This document shows, in pieces, positions 49,854 to 63,915 of a DNA stretch of 64,000 bases. Where the stretch lies: NCBI GenBank assembly GCA_013265495.1, contig MU062295.1, forward strand, positions 930,001-994,000, written 5' to 3'. The number at the start of each line of letters is the position of its first letter. The stretch's first letter is position 1. The DNA is from Vicugna vicugna. Its lineage: Eukaryota. The notes below the pieces were generated by a model. That model ran no database searches. It had not been told where the DNA came from and saw nothing but the letters and a program-made list of their open reading frames with translations. Both the position numbers and the translations under genes were made by a program.

Positions 49854-49965
49854 GGGGGTGGGGGTATAGCTCAGTGGTAGAGTGTGTGCTAAGCACATGT
49901 GAGGTCCTGGGTTCAATCCCCAGTACCTCCATTAAAAAACAGGTAAAAAGATAAAAATTATAAAA
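49854..49965 (+). mobile_element. Camelid tRNA-Ala SINE (intron 6)
   Basis: A/B boxes; 11-bp TSD tatatcattat at 49842-49852 and 49966-49976. Confidence 0.92.
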
Positions 49966-52900
49966 TATATCATTATATACTGTCTTTTGCTTGCAGAGAA
50001 GCTTTAAAAGTTTATAGCTTAAGTGGTTTTACAGGTGCCATTAAATGACCTATAAATTTTTACCATGCTGATATGGTATTGTTGAGATTAAAAACTGATA
50101 AACCAAAAAGTCCCAATTAACCAGTATTTTAGGTAGAGCTCTTTACTAAACCTGAATGATACAGGTGATAATAAAAATTCTTAAAATACTTCATAGGTAG
50201 ATGCCTATGGACTGATCCATTCTTTATGGCAAAGAAAAGCTACTGAATTGATATATAGGTCAAGTATAAATTTTTGGAAATTAACTTGGTACTTAATTGA
50301 AACTTGAACTAAGATGACTGAAATAAAAATAACTCTTTCCAAGTGGACAGACAAGCCAGCTCAAGAAGAACTCGTTTTGTTTTGTAAATAGGAGGTTTCT
50401 GGGAATCAAGGGAGATTAGCAAGCGAGCATCCCAGGGGAGAACACTGGTGTCTTTGTTATAGCAACGTCAGTTCTGTAGAAGGCATGACTGAAGGAGGTA
50501 TTCCTCAATTCTTTGAGACAAGTAATCCCCCGGTGAAGGTTGCTTTTCTTTGAATATGCTTTTTATATGAAGATATAAAAAGATATGCTTTTATATGGGG
50601 ATAAAATACCACTTAAAATAATTATAACAACCAGGTAACAATTATCTATAGCAATCACTAAGAAATCTAAGAGTCATCTTGCCAGCAACCTCAACTCTTT
50701 GGAAAACATTCAGGAGTAAGGGAGCGAGAGAAGTCATTGTGCAAGCATAGTACATTCCTGCACGTGCTTGAACCAGAGTTCAAGATTCTTACTTGCAGTT
50801 TTGCTCTTGCTTTCAACCCAATACTAGCACATTTATGTTGCTTTCCAGAGTTAGTAAAAATGCGGATACATTGATAGTAACAAGGTGAAGCAAGTGGCAG
50901 CAGGGCGAAAAAAAATGGAGAAACTACCAGAAGTGGACACAACTTAGGGCATCTACGATGGGGGTAGACAGCCCCACACACCTTGGAGTCTTGAAGATAT
51001 TGCTCTCTGGCCCTTTACCTTATCAGTTTTCTAGTGATGACCCTCCTTAATTCATGAGCTAGATACAATATTTCAATTAACTGTACGATGCAGGTTTACT
51101 TTCAGGGCGTGATGGAAAAATTCAAACTCAGAAACAATCAGAATAATTATCTCAACCCTAAAACCTTTCATCTTACAAAAGTGATTACTGACAGGGTTCC
51201 CATTTAAGCTGAGAGTCACTTAGACCTTTGAATAAAAAGCATCTCTTGCAACTATGAGCTGCAAAAACCAAAATCAGTTTATATTACACAATTGCACCCA
51301 GCAAGGCATATGAATATACTAGCTGACTCTCTTAAGTTCTGCAATAGAAAGTTCAACCTATTTGGAAATAAAACTCACCCATATAAACTGAAGTAGTGAA
51401 ATTGTACTCAAAGATACAGAAATGATGCTTTAAGAAAGCACTGAAAAGTAATTCTAATTTAGTTTACTGTCAAAACACTTACTAAAATATGTTTAAAATA
51501 TGAATACGCTTATGATTCTATATTTTAGCCCAGAACAGTTCAAATCAAGATAATGAAACTTTTCAGAACTGGGTAATATTTTACTATATGTCCTATCATG
51601 CTTGGAGAATTTTAGGACCATTTCATTCAGAGAATTTCTTCCTTCTGGGTATAGGCAGCCATAAGTTAAAAATTATACCTGGTATTACATATGAGGAAAT
51701 TCATTGGTTAACTTTTGGTGCCAAGTTTTTTTTTTTTTTTTTGCCAAGTTTATTTTAATTCATCTTATCTCTACGAATATAACAAATCCTTCATAATCAC
51801 CCCTTGCTCTCAGGCATTTCCTCCTGCCGGAACTTCTGTGTGTATATAAGCGCGACCCTTAACGTGTTACTTTCCTTATTACAGTGGCTTCATTTTTACA
51901 TACTGAAATAGATTCGAAGTAATGAATCTGATCGAGCTTAGTGGTGGCTTTCAAAACTCTCACCATCTGGGCAGAACTTTTCAGTGTATTCTTCCTTCTC
52001 ATTAGGGGAAGAAATGGGGAAATAGCATCAATTTAGTAAGCAAGCAGAGAGGCTCCCCTTGTCTATGGAGACAAGCAACTCACAGAGAAGGACAGGAAAA
52101 CATAAACACTCTGAAAGGGACTGTGTGGTTTACTTACATAACTGAATAGTACACCGTGGCAGGAAGAGTATTACTAATTCTGAATTCTGCCAACACCCTG
52201 TCCTTTTCCTTTCTGCATCCCATACCCAGCCTCTCTGGTGTTTGTAAATTAAGTTTTCTATTTTTCTTTTCTTCCCCAATATTTCCTCCTCCTATTCTCT
52301 GTATTCATTATTTCCTTTGGGGGGGGGATGGAGGGGAGTGGCAGGCAGGCAATTCAAAGTACAGGCTTGTAACAAAAGGGATGTTAACTGCATTCCAGGA
52401 AAAGCATCTTACAACAATCTTACAGTCTTGCCTGGAGGGATCCACTGCTGCCCTGCATTTGTTGAAGGATTCTTTCACGAATAATTGCAACTGGTAATAT
52501 CATAAGGAGAACCCTCTGTTCAGGTACTGACTGGCTCATTCAACCCTTACGCAATTATTTCCAGATCTGTTGACTCTCTTTTTCCGGAGAAGCAAGCTAA
52601 TGTTCACCCTCACATAGGGACGATTGAAGTATCCTTATCCAACCTGGCTGGTGTGGGAGGAACTGCTTGCAGAATTCTGGGACACACTCTAACCTGAGGC
52701 TTCAAGAACAATGTTCAACAGGACATAAGTTGCATAATGATCGCATTTGGTTTAGACTAGTTTTGATGCTGTTCTAGTGTTTCCTGGTTATTTTAGTCTT
52801 TGTTGAAAGTGGGATTATTTGCAGCGAGATTCATCCTCAATATAGTCCCAGGAGACCAGAAGAACTGATTCAGCCCCCCGTCTGTAGAAGTCCAGCAACG

Positions 52901-54224
52901 GTCAGGGACCCAGGTGAACGACTGGCCTAGGCCTCCTGTGATCTCTGTGGATGCGGGCCTAGCAGTGTTCACACAGAGGCATTTGAATACACTCAGGGGT
53001 GTCTTGGTGGATGCAGGAGTCAGTGGGTTTGTACAGGGAGTAAACAATGCTTGACACATGGTAGGTTGTTAATAAATACTTCCTGAAAAGATGAATGGAT
53101 GACAATGAAGGAATAAATGAATGAACAGTTGACAGGGAAAATATGAATGCAAGAAAAAGCAAGATTCGTAGGGACGCCAAAGTGAGAGAGGCTGTTAGAT
53201 AAAGGCAGTCAGAAGGTCTCAAAGCAAACCAAGGACTTGGTAGGAAAAAAATCAACAATGACAACAATAATGATGACTTCAAAACCAGCCTGTGCTGATG
53301 TCTGCTAATAGCCTGGGTCCTTGAGAAGCGAACAGTGACCTCCACAGGGTCTGATCATCACAAGACTGGAAATAACAATAGGAGACTGAGCTCTCACTGT
53401 GAGCCCTGGAGCCTAAGGGCTTTCCACACATATTTTTGTTGAACCCTCACAATTCTACAGGCAGCTACCATTATTACTCCCATTTTACAACTGAGAACAC
53501 TGAGAGGTTAAACACGACATGCCCAGAATCACATGGGTGGGTAGGTGGTGGATCCAGGACTCCAGCTGAAGTCTATTGAAGCTCAAAGTCCATGGTCTTA
53601 ATCCCTGTGTTATACCCCCTCCTCTACCTTGTCCCATGACTTAGCACAGTACCTGGCCCGTGCTAGCACTTGGCAGTATTTGCTGAATGGCCCGAGTAAT
53701 GGGGGATTATGGCACTGTTGTGAACTTGAGCCAACTCCCCGCAACCTCACTAAGTTTTAGATATGATCACAGCCTTACATTGTTTTAGAAACTAACACCT
53801 GGCTCATTCAAGGACTCAAATGCCATTCTTAACGCTGGCACATTCTATTTGCATAGGCCCGTTCTCCCCCAGCGTGGGTGACATCATGTTACTATTATCA
53901 CCACTTCTCAAGCATCGATAACATGCTTTATATAGAACATACATTTCGATCCAAGAACTGTTGCAGATCTAATTAGTGTGATCTACATCCTCCTTTTGCA
54001 TCTCTTTTGCATGTTGAATCATCTCTGAATCTAATGTTCCTTTTCATCTATAATTGCTGAGACATTTATATTATGCATTTTATGGAATCTCACAGTTAAA
54101 AAGGGCTTTAGAGATACATCTCAAATCATTTCATTTTTATAAATAAAACAGAAAAGAAGCCTTGAGATGTGAAATAATAATTTCAAAATAATGCTTTTTT
54201 TTTTTGAGGGCTTTGTTAAGTGCC

Positions 54225-54500
54225 AGCCCCGGGGGCCAAGTGCTTCTCTTATGTCCTTATTTAACTTAACTGGTAGATATTATTACCAACCCCATTTTGC
54301 AGAGAAGGAAACTGAGGCATGGTGATATGCTCATAAAGCTAATAGTCAGGATATGAATCCCGGTCATCTTGCTCCAAAACTGAGATTTCAACTGCTATCC
54401 TCCATGATATGTCTACATGGGTCACTTCTTGTCAGAGGCAAAGTTGAGACCAGAACTCAAGTCTGTTGCCTCCCAGATCAGTCTTCACTTCACTATACCA
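54225..54500 (-). mobile_element. MIR SINE(s)
   Basis: ccccattttgcagagaaggaaactgaggc; a similar MIR lies at ~53430-53610. Confidence 0.7.
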
Positions 54501-54731
54501 CTTTGCTTTCATTAATATTTTTAAGAGCAGTGACACATCTGAAACCATTTTGATCAGTTGAGAACAATGATTTGCAAAATCCGTCTTCTTCAATGTTACT
54601 CCTGATTCTACTGCTTCTTTCAGAGAAGAACATTTTCAACGGCCCCCAAAGGCAAGAAGGAATCGTACGATCCCCAGATTCAGGTTAAACAGAAAAAGTG
54701 AATCATCCCTGGAGTAGGGAGCAACACTTAC

Positions 54732-54896
54732 ATAGATAATGGAGAGAATTCCATTATAGTTTTTGGTTGAAACGTTGAGGACGATCTTCAGCTGTGAGAC
54801 CAACACTTGGAAGGCAGCAGCTGTCGTGAATCCACCAACCAAAGGATCTGCCAAGTACCTCACTATGAATCCAATTTGCAAACCTCCAAATATCAA
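54732..54896 (-). CDS. SLC26A4: Pendrin exon 6 (165 nt): [55 protein letters not shown]
   Basis: Translation matches (ORF 54636-54905); ttccag acceptor, TAT|gtaagt donor. Confidence 0.98.
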
Positions 54897-55498
54897 CTGG
54901 AACATGAAGAAAGGAAAATTAAATGTTTGCCTGGGAGAAGAACCAACCCCTTTGAATTATTAGTAAATTAAATTTAACACCAATTAAAACTCTGGTAGCC
55001 TGCCAATACATACTTGGGGAAACAAATCTGAATTTCTTAATTCCCTATCTCCCCCCCCTTCGCCAATCTAAAATTTGAAAACCATGTGTAACATGCACCT
55101 TGAAGTATTTCTAGATATGTAACAAGAAAAGGAAAAATCCTGTAGCTTATGTCTGTGACTTTCAAGTCTCATGGCTCTGCTCACCAGAATGCCTTTTTCT
55201 CTTGATAGGTTCTTGCCCACTTCCCTTCTCTCATCGTCATTTGAATCACTTGAATCAAAAGCATGTTCTTTTACTTTTTTTTTCTCTGTCTCTGATGATT
55301 AAGTGAGCCTTAATAAGTGGGCTCTCGCTGACTATGTTAGCATCTGACCTAAAACAATATAATTTAAAAAATAACTTTGGGGAACCAGTAAGTTGATTTG
55401 TTTTGCTTTTAAATGAATCTTTAAGTCTACTTGCCTTACAATTAAGTTATTTCAAATAAAAATCATGCCAATCTATATATTCTTTGTAAACCCATTAC

Positions 55499-55683
55499 CT
55501 GTATGATTCCAACCAAAAGAGTAAGGGTGCTTGCAATCAATACTCTCGCTGTGTCTCTAGCCACAGAGTCTATCACGGTGGTATTCAGTGCAGTTCCATT
55601 ACTGCTGGTTATGAGAAAGTGTTCATCGGGGGCCATGCTCAGAACAACAGATCCCACCATTAAACTGACCACTGGGAAAGGTC
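55499..55683 (-). CDS. SLC26A4: Pendrin exon 5 (185 nt): [61 protein letters not shown]
   Basis: Translation matches; both extracellular N-glycosylation sequons (NGT, NTT) present; cccag acceptor, CAG|gtaatg donor. Confidence 0.98.
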
Positions 55684-57228
55684 CTGGGGAAAGAAGCTTC
55701 TATCAGTTAAAAAGCATTAATTGTAAATATTTAAGCTCAACATGTCTACATAGGATTGGAAGTACTGAAGTAATTAGCTGTGATTGAGAAAATACTGTTT
55801 GTTCATAAAAGAAGCTAAAAAGCAGGTATTTCAAGGCATTCATGACCCAGAAATGAGCAAGAGAGACATGTAGGTGGGTATTTATAATACAGCTTTCAGG
55901 ATGCGTTCTAAGTACTCAGAAAGGGTGTCTAACCTATCTGTATTTGATCTTCATGTGTATGGGTGAGGACGAGATGGAGGGGGGAGCTATCAGGAAAGGT
56001 TTCCTGGCAGAAATGGCATACTAGCTGAATCCTTACTTGTCCCAGCATATTTTTACTCCACATAAGTTCAATTCCTACAGTGTCCAATGTCCTGATCTCT
56101 GTAGAGCTGAGTACCTTGATCAATATCACAGGGCCAAAATTCAGATAAAGAAATAGCAAACGGAGTATAGATTTTCTCTTTTTCTCTTTCCAAGACAGAT
56201 TATTTTTTCTTATCAAATGCCAATCTGTAAGATTCTATATTTAAAAAGTACTTTTCTTCCAGCAGCTGCTTCATTCACTACTGATATTTTTATCCATGAT
56301 GATGACGATCCTATCATTTGATCATGGAAGGTTTTAACAGTTGGGAGGACTCAGGACACAAGTCCAGTAACCTGGAGTGTCTAAATGCATAGAATACCAA
56401 AGGGAAGAAAATCTGCTTCTATGTTCCTCAGCTTGTCACTCATTTGATACTGATCCATTCTGCCAGGTGAAGAAGTCCCGTCAGTCAATAACCTCTTCCT
56501 GATTCCCTTTTACAGAAAAGGCAATATGCCCACTACTGGGGGAAGTACAACTAAGGACCAGGATAGGGGTTGGGGATATAGTAGTAGATGGTTGAATTTG
56601 TTTCAAGAAGATTGTCCAGGCAGACATGTCTAGCCAGCAGATGGATGTAGGCAAAAAATTATCTCAAGTATAAATGTCAGAGTTGCAAAATAGCATTGAA
56701 ACATTCATTTACTAGAACATTCTAGCAAAAGAAAATTCAAATTTTAGGAACATTAGGAAATAAACCTATTTTGAGCCATGCCAAGAAGGAAAGTCAAGCT
56801 TAGTTTCTAAATTTTTTTGGCACGATTTTGCCAGTCTTCCAATATTAGTGACTTTAAGTATGCTCCTTAACAAAACAATGAATATGTATTTGATGAACAT
56901 AATTTAGTCAAAGCTAAGTTAATCTAGTAAAACAGTAGGTTCAAAGACCTCTTGAAGATTTCTTCCCCTTGTCATTCTTTGGAAGAGAACACTTTCTAAA
57001 TATGGATTCAAATGTATGATATTTTTGAAAATCAAAACATGCTAAGATTTGAAGGTAGGCTATAATTTTTAAACAATCTTTACAATTCTTCCTCTTCATT
57101 AAAAAAAAAAAAGAGTTAAGCATAAACCTGACTAACAGCATAGTATTCTGAAAGCTAAGAACCATTGCGTCATTGACTAGGAAGGGCTGTCAAAGCTCTT
57201 ATGTCCTACATCTCCCTGGCAAACATTA

Positions 57229-57456
<228 letters not shown>

Positions 57457-58999
57457 TTACGCTATATTCCTACTGTACAAGGAGATGCCTTTTCATAGAC
57501 CTCTTCGATTTGCAGCTCGTCCTGAGTGATCGCCTTATTTTGCATACGGTCTGTGGCTACCCTAGGAGGCAGAACATGATTCGAGTCAGCTGGGATAATG
57601 ATTGCATCTTCACGTGTCACCTGCTCAAATGAGTTGACTCCACCGATCAATAATCCAGTCATCCTCTCATTGGGTGACGTAAAGACTATGAAATAATATC
57701 CACCATCATGCTTAAGAAATAAATTATTGCCAGTACAGTTGAAACTCTCTGTATACTCTTTCTCCATCCCTTCCTGTCTCCTCCCTCCACCCTCAGAAGG
57801 CAACCACTATCCTGAACCACTCTCCTGAATTTAGTGCTTATCATTCTCAGACAGTTCTTTCTTCTTTTATATACATAGGCATTTGTGTGTCTAGTAGGAT
57901 GTTTTCTAAAATACGGGTTCAGTGGGTTGTCGCTATGGTAGCATCAAAGGAGACTTCTAGATTGTTGGTAAGGTATTTTTTTCATGTTCCTTATATGTCT
58001 TTTCTCGTTTCCCACAATGAGCATTCATTTAATCATTCATTCATTCAACAGCTATTGAGTGTGTCCCCTCCATGTGCCAGGCGCTGTTCGAGGTTTGGGG
58101 GAATACGGCAGTGGACAAAACAAAGTCTCTGCCCTTAGAGAGTTTGCATTCAAGAAGAGAAATCTGTATGACTGATGCCATTGCTTCAATATATAAATTA
58201 CAGCAAGGAATTGCAATAATCAGTTGTTCTCTAAGAAGATGGAATAAAAGACGACTCTACAAAAGGAAGACAAGAAAAGAAGGAACAGGAAATGAACTTC
58301 CAAGTCTTTCTCAAACTTCCACTTCCCTAAACTGGACTCTACAGTTCTTACAGGCCTGGGAAATGGGGACTTTTACAGTTTTCACATAGTATCCTATTTA
58401 GGGACAAATGCCACTCAAATATCCTGTAATCATATAGGAAGTTGGTACAATAATTTTGACATTATACAATTTGTAAAGAAATCTAAGCCATTGTTTTAAA
58501 CTATGGAATCTCTGTGTTGGTGCACTTCATGTGTAGAATGGTGCATATATTGATAAAGGTGGTGCCAACAACCATTTGGAAGCATCTAGAAGGCAAAAGT
58601 AGAAAGTGGAGAGTGCGTTCCCCATAGCTGTGAATAAAAATAGCACTAAAAGGGCTGCGCTTATTTCTTGCTGCCTGCTGGGAATTATTTTAAGAACAAA
58701 AGTAAAAAGACCTCGTTATCCTTAGCCTTTCTGGCTTCTCAGTAACTCTGTCGCCCTGATGAGTTCTCCTCCACTCCTCGGCTGCCCAGCCAACGGATAT
58801 GTCACAGACGTTGCCTCCGTAGAAACAGCAGCATCAGCTCTGAAATATCAATGTTGAGCCTCCGTCTCTCTGCCTACAGCCACCTAGCTCTTCCGTTCAC
58901 CTGCTTCAGAAGCCTTCCTGCAACATTTCTCTGTTCTCACGGGGCTTCTTATCCATGAACTGACCCACTTTCCCCCATCCTTGACAGCTTCCTGCCTTC

Positions 59000-60915
59000 A
59001 CTTGCCACCTTGTCCATAGAATTTTTGCAAATACCCTGAATTTCCTTGCTCCACTCCCTCTCTTCTCTCCTTTTCTTGTCCAGTGAAACCCTAATCTGGC
59101 TGAACCCAAACATCACCCTTTTCCATGCCAGCATTGGAACAGCTAGAAAACTGACATAAAGACTACATTGGGGCTGACAAGTTTCACATAAATTTCACGA
59201 TGGCCCACCCGCAATGGGCACTTAACACTGCCTGGTGATTCAATCCCATTTCCCAGGAAGTTTGCTCTTCCTATCTCTGAGCTAGATACTCAGACTTCCC
59301 CTACTTTCCTCAAACTGCCCATCCCACCCATCCCACACAGACATGGTTCACAGATGAATCTTCAACTTCATCCAAACCACAGAATCCACAAGATGTCCCT
59401 AATAGGCTTTTTACCACAATTTCAAGTCTCCTTGCATCTGCACCATTTTGTCTGTCTTTCCTCCTTTGAAAATGAAGAAACTATCCCATCTTTAGGCCCT
59501 CCCCCTTCTGTCCTTGAACATCTACACTTGCCCCTTCTCACCACTTTCAGTTGTTTCTCCTCTACCTCTTGGACTACACATCTTTCTACTAGGTCATTCC
59601 CACTGGGTCACAAATATGTTCTAGGACCTCGTATATTAAAGGAAAAATAAATCCTCCTGCCACTCTACCTTTGTCCCTTATGCCTCTGGTTACAGCCATT
59701 TGTCTACTCTGCTTCACAGCAAACCTTCTTAAAAGCATTTGTCTGTGTCTGTCTCATCATCATACTCTGCCCTCTAGAGCATTCCACGCTATCAATACCT
59801 CTATACTGAGAAAGGAAGAAAGAGAGAGAGGAAAGAAAAAGAAAGGAAAGACAAAGAGAAAGCAAGCAAGCAAGCAAGCAAGCAAACTTCTTTCTTGGCT
59901 TCTAACCCCACATTGCTTAGATTGTTCTTTTTCTCTAACTTCCTGAGCCCAACCTCTGCATGTTTCTTTGTGGGCTCTCTTTATCCTCCTCACCTTTAAG
60001 TACTCCAGCCCAATTCTCTTCCTCATCTGCCCCTTCTGCCTAGATATTCTCTGGCATTCCCATTCCTTTAAGTATCACCTCTAGAGTGATGCTTTCCTGA
60101 CTTTGATGTCTAGCCCAGACCTCTTCAATGACCTTCATGCCTCCAGTAATTCCAACTCTGTATTGAGCATCTCTGCTTAAATGTCTCATGTGCATCTCAA
60201 ATTTAACATGTCCAAAAGGAAACTTGGTTTTTCATCCCAAACCTGCTCCTCAGCCAGTCCTAATCCATCAGTATATGATCAGTAATTCTTGCTCCAAAAT
60301 ATATTTCAGATCTGTTCAGCTCCATCTCCTGCTTGACCTGCTTCAAGCTGTCTATCCTCAGGGCTGGGACTAGGGCGAGGCAAGTGAGTTGCCCAGGGCA
60401 CATTATTTCAGAAGTCTCCCTGTAAGTGACTCATCCATCTCACCCTAAACCCTGGCCCTAACCTTATCACGTTGTTTGCTCCCCCACCCTGGCCCTTTCT
60501 CCACCCACACATTAGAATTCTTCCCGTTCCTCCCTTGAAAATATTAAGCTTTTTTTGGACCTCAGGGACTTTGCACCTTTGCCTGGTACACTCTTCTTTC
60601 TGCTCCTTTACATGGTTGTCTCCTTCCCATCTTCCTGACACTGATTAAATCTCACCCCTCAGGAAGGCCTTCCCTGACCATTGTATCTAAAATAAACAGT
60701 CCCTCCCCAAATTAATCCCTATTAAAGCATATTTAATCCACCATAATAGATACCACAATCTATAATTATTTCTCTACTTCTTTGCTTATTTAATTCCTCT
60801 GTCTACTACTCAAAATGAGCTCCGGGAAGTCAGTACCTGCGCCTGTCAGTAAACCACTGAATCCCCATGGCTGGTCTTATAAATATTACTAAGTGAATGA
60901 ATGATGATGGATGAT
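59000..60915 (+). mobile_element. Long L2 LINE fragment (intron 3) with internal (GCAA)n at ~59862-59884
   Basis: C/T-rich L2 3' region; caggaaggccttccctgacc; terminal (TGAA)n at 60895-60915. Confidence 0.7.
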
Positions 60916-61019
60916 GAATGAATGTATGAATGAACCAGGTTACCCTCCTAGAAATTCACCTTACAAAGATAACTTTACAGAGATAATGTTTCTTGAAAAC
61001 ATATTCATAAATCAAGGAA

Positions 61020-61210
61020 CTGCATGGTGTATAAATTAAGATCCTAGGAATTAGACTCTGGGTTCAAATCCCAGCTCTACCATTTCCTGGCTCCACGACC
61101 TTGAGCAGGATTTAACAGATGTCTCAACTACTGAAAAGGACCTAATTATAGTTGTTGTGAGGATTAAATGAGATAACTGGCCAAAGCCCTTAGCATAGTG
61201 TCTGATAATA
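61020..61210 (+). mobile_element. MIR SINE
   Basis: gactctgggttcaaatcccagctctacc...gttgttgtgaggattaaatgaga. Confidence 0.8.
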
Positions 61211-62836
61211 AACAAAACTAAAATTAAAACTAAGTCTTTATAAGATACTTGTCTCTGAACACTTGGGAGACACAGTTTGAAATACCATTTTTCATATATA
61301 AAGATGATTCATTATCAGGAATGCAATTCAGTCCTCTTCATTAAGTGTTACAGGGCCATCTATTCTGTGTCAGCCTCATGCGAGGCACGAGCGGACCAAA
61401 CAGGAATTAGATGGTTCCCGTCCCCCGGGAGCCACCGGGTGTTGCCATGTCACAGCTACTAGAGCCCACTGCGCACACAGGCACTTGGCATCATTCAACA
61501 TAGAAGCTGCACAGCCCCGTCCAACTCCCCTGTGCACCTTTGTGATTGAAAACACAGTTGACTAGGTGGGGGCTCCACACTGAGGCCACAGCACATCCTC
61601 CTTCTCTGTGGAACTCTACATGGCCTGCTCTGAGTAATCCTGAGAGCTCCACAGGCAAATTTTGGCTCATGACATTGCATAACCATTATGACTAATTTCT
61701 GAAATAGTCCATTTCCAAGCCATCTTTCTACACACGTTTCTATTCCACCCTACTTCCCATCACTTGGCAAACTGAGACTCAACCTTCAGGGAAACAACTC
61801 TGACCACTCCTCCTCCAGGAAGCCATTCCCAGTCCCCAGGGTCGACTGCCCCTGTGTGCACTCCCTTCCCAAGCAATGTTACCCCTGCTACAGCCCTCAC
61901 ATTGAATTGTTATCTATCTCCCTCCCCATTGGACTATAATAAACACCTGGAAAGCAGGAGGTGCATCTTATTCATGTCAGTGTACCTAGTACCTGGCATA
62001 AACATATGCCTGTTCCATAAAATTACAATAAATAAATGACATTTCTGTTTTCGTGGTTCAGGGGCTTTGTAGAGTTGAGGGGAGGGCAGAAGCAAGATTA
62101 TGGGGATGGGAGATAGAGGAGAATGCCCTTACTGCTATTCACCAGCTATGCTACAGATTTCCAAGACACTCATGGAAATACAGCATAAAGGCAGTTAAAA
62201 TGAATAACCACCTAGTCTGGGACATTTTGCCAGAAAATATGGGAATGGACTAAAAAAGTGGGGGTGAGGGTAGGAGCAGGAAAAAATGCTTACGTGTAGT
62301 CCAGACTAAAATACTTTCTTCTCTTTTCCTTAAGGGAAACTTAAGTCAGTTTCAAACTGCAGGTCAAGACCATGCATGAAATGTCAAATAACTTACAGGG
62401 CTACAATCATCATTTTTTAAAAAATACAAGCAGAATAGAATAGGGCAGGATAGAAAATATCAGAGGGTATCACTTGTAGTGAAGATAAATGTTATTTCAC
62501 AAAAATTGAGATACTGATCATGTGTATGGTTCATGAAGTAATACATACTTCTTCCCATGCGCTGTGGTCAATGAAAACTGGGGAGTCATTGTTTAGGTGC
62601 TAGGGCTCTAGTTGGAGCCAGGCAGCTAGCGAAGCAGCAGGGTTTCCTAGGAAGAGTAGAAGGAAGGGACTCTCACCACTAAGGGGCAGGCTCTGAAGAG
62701 AAGATGAAGGTCTTAAAAGGTCTTAAAAGATGAGCAAGAATTTGGTGCAGACTCATGGGAGCCAGGCGGCAGTTAGGAACTGCGGCTGGAAACTGTAACG
62801 CTCAATCACTCACGAGCTAGCCCAGCAGTAGCTTAC

Positions 62837-62976
62837 CTTGTAGTGTCCCCACTAGCCCAGTACTAACTCCCGAAATGATATCACTAAGCAGCCATTCCTT
62901 GATCCGGTACTTGGGGAGCCAGTCCAAGATGGGCAGGAGAGTCTTCAGCACACCAAGGGTCCTCTTTCTTGAACAA
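62837..62976 (-). CDS. SLC26A4: Pendrin exon 3 (140 nt): [47 protein letters not shown]
   Basis: Manual translation matches the pendrin N-terminus/TM1; acceptor ttttgacag, donor AAG|gtaagc; 140 nt as in human exon 3. Not in the ORF track. Confidence 0.97.
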
Positions 62977-63574
62977 CTGTCAAAAGACAAGAAAACTAGA
63001 CTGCCAATTCAATCTCGGTCACAACCCACTGCAAATCACAAAATTTGAACCGAACTCTGCTAATGTTTCTAACTATTTAGAAAAAAGAATCGGAATTGCA
63101 TGGAAAATACTAACAGTGAAGTGCTTACCATGTTTTTGCCAAGAACTCTATTTATGTACCCTTTTAAATGCACTGTACTAGAAAACACAGGATTAAGTGT
63201 TCCCTCCCCTCTCCCACTTTCTTAATCCTCTAAGAAAATATCCCTAAACAAGAACCCATTTTCTGGTCCAGCCACAGACTGATCAATGTTGGAGTCTTTA
63301 AATGGAGATTAGTTTTCAGACTTCTAACCCAGGTGCCTTCTTCTTCTTCTATTTTGCTTTAAAGAAACATAAACAAGCTCTATCTATTTTGGCAATTGGA
63401 GCTTGGAACCAGTTTTTACAAAGCTCTTTTAACATGAATGTATATCTCACTGTCCCTTGCTATGTAGTTTTTTAAATTCAACAGCCTCTATCTAGGCAAA
63501 AGAAAAACACATATTAAAAGTAGGTGAACACTGTTTGTCTCCTGATTCAAATAAATTATTTTAAAAATTATATT

Positions 63575-63915
63575 TGAGACAATTGGAAATTTTATTGAGT
63601 CAATTTTTATATGAAGAAATTATTTTATTTTTGTGAGTGATAATGGAATTGTGGTTGTATTTTAAAAGAGTCCCTAAAAGATATATACTGAAATATAGAC
63701 GACAACAACAACAAAAACAACAACCAGCAACACTATATGGGATTTGCTGCCAAAAAAAAAAAATAGTTAAGTGAGGCAAGTGTGTGGTGATAGGTGAAAC
63801 AAGATTGAGATCATCGTTGAAGCTGGGTGATGGGTAAAAACATGGAGGGGGTTTATTACACGACCACGCCTACTTTTGAATGTATTTGAAATGTTTTATA
63901 ATGAAAGTTTTTCTT
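63575..63915 (+). mobile_element. Old L1ME-type 3' end (intron 2)
   Basis: ataatggaattgtggttgtattt...gttgaagctgggtgatggg...tgtatttgaaatgttttataatgaaag. Confidence 0.65.
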
